From the human T2T-CHM13v2.0 reference genome, Homo sapiens: 64,000 nt of DNA. The notes beneath the pieces are model-generated. The model worked only from the letters and a program-made list of their open reading frames with translations, had not been told where the DNA came from and made no database searches. The position numbers and the translations under genes are program-made. Positions 55,875 to 64,000 of this stretch are shown here, piece by piece. Within the stretch, counting starts at the first letter, position 1. Each line of letters opens with the position of its first letter. Location: assembly GCF_009914755.1 (NCBI RefSeq), contig NC_060928.1. One strand, given 5' to 3'.

Positions 55875-56110
55875 AATCTACTTCATCTATGTACCTAGGC
55901 AGATCTATTTGTCTATCTATCACCTATTTATCTGTTCTGTCCATCTATCCACAACTCCACCTGCCAGTTTATCTAACTGTCATCCACCTCTCCAACTATA
56001 GGACTGTTATATTTCCCTCTATCTCATTATCCCGTTTACCTATCTATCTATCTATTCATTCATTCATTCACCCATTATCTATCTATCTATCTATCTACCT
56101 ATATCTAGTA
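55875..56110. repeat. Degenerate (TCTA/TCCA/TTCA)n simple repeat
   Basis: Recurrent ATCT and TTCA tetramers. Confidence 0.8.
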
Positions 56111-56629
56111 TTTTTCTCCCTCTCTTTCTCCCTCTATTATATTCCCTTGTAATAATAAGGATAGTTGTTCATTCAGTTATTGCTTAAATTTCTCCAGGAA
56201 CAAAAGACTTACCATTGGACCTTATAGTCAATTCTCTAATTGTCCAGATCTAGCACTTACAGAGTTAACTGCATTTCTATGATCTTTATTCATTAGTTAT
56301 GGCTTTGCTCTCAATAGCAGTACAAAATAATATTATGTACCTTGCACTGAAGATATCTCCAGATTTTTGAAGAGAGCTCATTATTTTTTTCCAAGCCTTT
56401 TATCACTAGCCTAAATAAACTTGCTCTTTTCAGGATATATTTTTCTAATGATGAACTGCAATGTTCCTCTCTTGCACACCTGCCAGGTATATCATTGCTT
56501 TTTTAATTTAAATTACTGTGCCAGATTTAGAAACAAAGGGATCTTAAATCTATTACTTATGCTGTACTCATTTCCTACATATTAACACTAATATCATATG
56601 ATTTAAAAACTTGAAAATAGCCCTTTTCA

Positions 56630-58308
56630 TGTCATATAATTTGTTTATTACTCCTTAATAAATAGTTACAAACTTAGAAGCTTAAAAAAGAACACATTCC
56701 TTGTAGATTCTGGATATTAGCCCTTTGTTCAATGGATAGATAGCAAAATTTTTTCCCATTCTGTAGGTTGCATGTTCACTCTGATGATAGTTTCTTTTGC
56801 TGTGCAGAAGCTCTTTAGTTTAATTAGATATCGTTTGTCAATTTTGGCTTCTGTTGCCATTGCTTTTGGTGTTTTCATCACGGAAATTAAACAAATTTAC
56901 AAGAAAAAGACAACCCCTTCAAAAAGTGGGTGAAGGATATGAACAGACACTTCTCAAAAGAAGACATTTATGCAGCCAACAAACATATGAAAAAATGCTC
57001 ATCATCACTGGTCATTAGAGAAATGCAAATCAAAACCAGAATGAGATAATATCTCATGCCAGTTAGAATGGCAATCATTAAAAAGTCATGAAACAACACA
57101 TGCTGGAGAGGATGTGGAGAAGTAGGAACAGTTTTACACTGTTGGTGGGAGTGTAAATTAGTTCAATCATTAGGGAAGACAGTGTGGCAATTCATCAAAG
57201 ATCTGGAACCAGAAATACCATTTGGCCCAGCAATCCCATTACTGGGTATATATTCAAAGGATTATAAATTATTCTACTATAAAGACACATGCACACATAT
57301 GTTTACTGCAGCACTATTCACAATAGCAAAGACTTGCAACCAACCCAAATGCCCATCAATGATAGACTGGATAAAGAAAATGTGGCACATATACACCATG
57401 GAATACTGTGCAGCCATGAAAAAGGATGAGTTCATGTCCTTTGAAGGGACATGGATGAACCTGGAAGCCATCATCCTCAGCAAACTAACACAAGAACAGA
57501 AAACAAAATGCTACATGTTCTCACTTACAAGTGGGAGTTGAACATCGAGAACACATGAACACAGGGATGGTAACATCACACACCAGGGCCTGTTGCAGGG
57601 TCGGGGGCTAGGGGAGGGATAGCATTAGGAGAAATACCTAATGTAGATGATGGGTTGATGGGCACAGCAAACCACCAAGGCACATGTATACCTATGTAAC
57701 AAACGTGCACGTTCTGAACATATATCACAGAACTTAAAGTATAATTAAAAAACAAAAACAAAAACATATACAAAAAATCCAGTGATAAAAAACAAACAAA
57801 AAAACAGAACAGTTTATCTCACAGTTTCTGTGAGTCAGAAACCCAGGGATCAGCTAAGCTGAGTCCTCAGCTTGGGCTACCATGAAGGTGTCACCTGAAC
57901 TGTGTCCTCATCTGGAGCCTGGGAAGGACCACTTCCAGAGTCACTCAGGTTGTTGGCAGAGTTCATCTCCATGTGGCTGTGGAACTGTCCTGACTTCTTT
58001 CTGGCTGATGGCTAGAGGCTTCCCCAGGGTCTTAGATGCTGGCCTCAGCATATACCATGTAAGTTTCCTAACATGAATGCTTACTTCTTCAAAGTCAACA
58101 AGGGAGAAATCTCTAGATGAAATCTGCTAGCAATATGGACACTTATATAAGGTAACATAATCATGGAAGTACAACCTGTCATATTTGCCATCTTTTATTG
58201 GTTAGAAACAAGTCACAGGTTCCACCTACATTTGAAGGAAGAAGATTAAAAGAAATGGAAATACCAGGAGGCAGGTGTCACAGGGGACCCCTCTGAGTCT
58301 TTCTACAA
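56630..58308 (-). mobile_element. MLT1 LTR split by an L1
   Basis: ACAAACTTAGAAGCTTAAAA before the L1 and TTTATCTCACAGTTTCTGTGAGTCAGAA after it. Confidence 0.75.
56697..57800 (+). mobile_element. L1PA6/7-like 5'-truncated element with 5' inversion
   Basis: 56697-56880 antisense L1, then sense from 56882 to the A tail; TSD approximately AAAAAAGAACACATT / AAAACAGAACAGTTT. Confidence 0.92.
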
Positions 58309-58459
58309 AATATATAATGAATCAAAAGTGCATCAAGTGATATTGCATTGGAATATATGATAGAAGTTTATTTTTAATGCTTCATAGAACTTTGCAAAAA
58401 CCATAAGCGCTATGAGGTTTTTCCATTTCCTTGGGAGTGGGGTCTGAGTGCTGGTAGAC

Positions 58460-59405
58460 GTAGTGGACTGAGTTAATTACCTCAATTCTACAAGCCTCCC
58501 TTTGCCATGCAACTTTGCCGACTATCCTTTTGCCATGCAACTTTGCGGTGCTCTTTCCCTGTAAACAGAGCCTACTATCCTACCTACTTGAAACTATGCT
58601 CAAAACGTTACTTGCTTTATTTTTTTCTTAGGGCTGCCATAACAAATGACCACATATTCAGGGACTTAAAGTAGCAAAAGGTTATTCTCTCAAGTTACGC
58701 ATGGTATAAATGCAAAATCAAGGTGTTGGTAGGGTTGCACACTTGTAGAGGCTCTAGAAGAGGATTTTTTCATATCTCTGTCTTTCTCGTGGCTGCAGGC
58801 ATTCATTGGTTTGTTGATGCATCATTCCAATCTCTGTATCTGTCTTCACCTGCTCTTCTCCTCTATGTCTGTGTCTTCTCTCTGTTTCAGACATTTGTCA
58901 CTGGATTTAAGGCCCAGCCATATCTAACCTAGAGTTCTTTAACTGAATTACATCTTCAATACTCTTTTTCCAAATAATCTCAAACTCACAGGTTCTTGGT
59001 CATGGACACATGTTTTTCGTAGGCCAATATTCAAACCATTACATCTGCTTTGGCCAATTACAGGCTTGCAGGTGTGATGTGACATAGAACTTGTGAGACT
59101 AGACCTTTTTTTCTCACAATTCTGCCATGTCTATGAAAAGTACATATTTTTGTGATCCTTCCCTAGTCATAGGAAGAAGGAAGCATGCTGGTGCTTCAAA
59201 AATGATGCCTCAGCCAAGCTTAGACTACAGCTGAAATCCCAGCTTACTTGAGATTCAAGATAGAGCCTAAATAAGCGCTTAGAACAACCGAACCAGATTC
59301 AGCCAAGATCAACTAAAATCCACACGTATGTGAGAAATAAGTCAATATCCACTATAGCATGATACTAGTTTTGTGGTTTGTGCTTAGACAACACCTAATT
59401 TATAT
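58460..59405 (+). mobile_element. Old MLT1 LTR (I/J-like) containing a nested MLT1
   Basis: CTTTGCCATGCAACTTTGC...ACTTGCTTT before the insert and GCTTTGGCCAAT...TGTGAGAAATAAG after it. Confidence 0.55.
58618..59043 (-). mobile_element. MLT1B/C-like LTR
   Basis: TAGGGCTGCCATAACAAATGACCACA...AATCAAGGTGTTGGTAGGG...ATTCAAACCATTACA. Confidence 0.75.
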
Positions 59406-59943
59406 AAGCATGTGTGCATACATGTATTTTAATCTCTTTTATCATCTTCAGAATTCATTGTGTGTTATCTGTTCCTCTAATCTCTCCTAATTTCAGGAAA
59501 AAAGTTTTTACTTCTGATTTGCATTTTCTGTCAGCCAAACTTGCTCCCATAAAAGTATCTGTTGCAATTTACTCTTATTAAAATGAAAATTTAAGTCAAA
59601 TAAACTTGCATCAGGATTATTTAATTTACTACAAATAAGATAATAGCTATGAGATAGATACTATCACCATGACAGTTTCAACCCACAACAAAACTTATGC
59701 ACAGATGATTCAGGGAAGTTATACAGAGTCACACAGTTACTAAGAAGTGCAATGTGGTTTAATCCAGGAAACCTAAAATTCAAAGACCCTGTTCTTATCC
59801 AATAATTTCTCAGACCCAGGATAATAAAATAAAATGCTGCTCCTTTACTCAAAGAATGCCATGCATAGTGACAGAGGGTAAACAAAAGAAAACTCTTTTG
59901 GGAAAGGGTTCCTGAAATATCGATTTTGTAAATACTTGTATAA

Positions 59944-60335
<392 letters not shown>

Positions 60336-60480
60336 GAATTTACCTCTTCTTGTTAGCCACATACCTCATGATTTCCCACTGAATACTCTTAGAATTCAAA
60401 ATTCATTTAAAAAATTTATAACTGTTTTGTGTTCTCTAGACATTCCCCCCCAGTGGAAGTGTTGGGATGGTTTGAATATG

Positions 60481-60872
60481 ATAGTCTCCCCTTATCTGAG
60501 AAAAATAGGTTCCAAGACCCCTAGCAGATGCCAGCAAACACAGATAGTAACGAACTTGATTGCTGTCAATGAGAACATATTTCTCTTCATGTCTTTCACC
60601 TACAAATTTAATATTTTTTTCATTCAAACTAAGCACTTAACACGGACTTTACCTATAATTTTTGTAGCTTGAGGTGCAACAGCAAAACCAACACAATTTT
60701 TTTCTTTTCTTCATGATTTCATGACTAAAAAAGTTATTCTTACCATAGATTTTAGCAATTTGAAATTTATGGATTGTTTATTTCTGAAGTTTTTCATTTC
60801 ATATTTTCAGACATGGGTGACCATGGATAACTGGAACCATAGAAAGCAGAACTACAGATACAAAGGGACTAC
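60481..60872. mobile_element. Tigger-derived MITE (MER44-like)
   Basis: TIR-like ends TAGTCTCCCCTTATCTG and CAGATACAAAGGGACTA; GTTCCAAGACCCCTAGCAGATGCC. Confidence 0.7.
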
Positions 60873-60890
60873 CGAATTGCCTAATCTTTC

Positions 60891-63584
<2,694 letters not shown>

Positions 63585-64000
63585 CTTGCCTTACACAAGG
63601 CATAGTATGTCATCAGCACCTATTGGTTTTTCTATTTGCTTAGCTTTACAATGATTAAATACATGCAATGATTAAAATTTTAATATTCAAAGCATGCATT
63701 ATATATAGCAGGGATGTACAAAGCAATTCTAATAACTTATTAAAAAATTACTAAGAATGCAAGGATAAAATGGCAGACAAAGACTTTGGATGTATATCAT
63801 CAACCTTTTTACAACATTGTCCTCACTATTCATGGATGTGTAGTCTTCTTACTTAACTTATTTTAATTGCAATTGTCTTTTTGTTATAATATAATTATTT
63901 TAATCATCTGAAAGGATCTTTATTATTATAGCAAAATTCCTTTGATATCTCTTGCCTCTTTCTCCTATGAAGCAAACTCTGCTATATTTATTATTGATCT

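Overview
This is not a microbial locus. It is AT-rich, gene-poor hominoid DNA (human or great ape, judged from AluY and an L1PA2-type element), intergenic or deep intronic, and largely made of transposable elements. I find no credible protein-coding gene, RNA gene or CRISPR array. The longer ORFs in the track are read-throughs of Alu, L1, MaLR or ERV sequence. The main structures are: (1) a two-LTR ERV1 provirus (LTR9/HUERS-P3-like, 18086-27443) with a perfect 4-bp TSD, tRNA-Pro PBS, degenerate gag, no recognisable pol or env, and an embedded antisense LTR8-like segment; (2) an old long L1 (30186-38300) with a MaLR provirus in its 5'UTR, a copy of its own 5'UTR inserted into the ORF2 start, and a deleted RT domain; (3) a decayed minus-strand ERV1 with a tRNA-His-like PBS; (4) a second MaLR provirus; (5) two twin-primed (5'-inverted) L1s; (6) many solo LTRs and Alus; (7) one repeat-free, enhancer-like island near 53 kb. 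I could not support a novel biological system. The findings are mechanistic oddities of retrotransposition plus two regulatory candidates. Subfamily names come from recalled consensus sequences and need RepeatMasker/Dfam confirmation.
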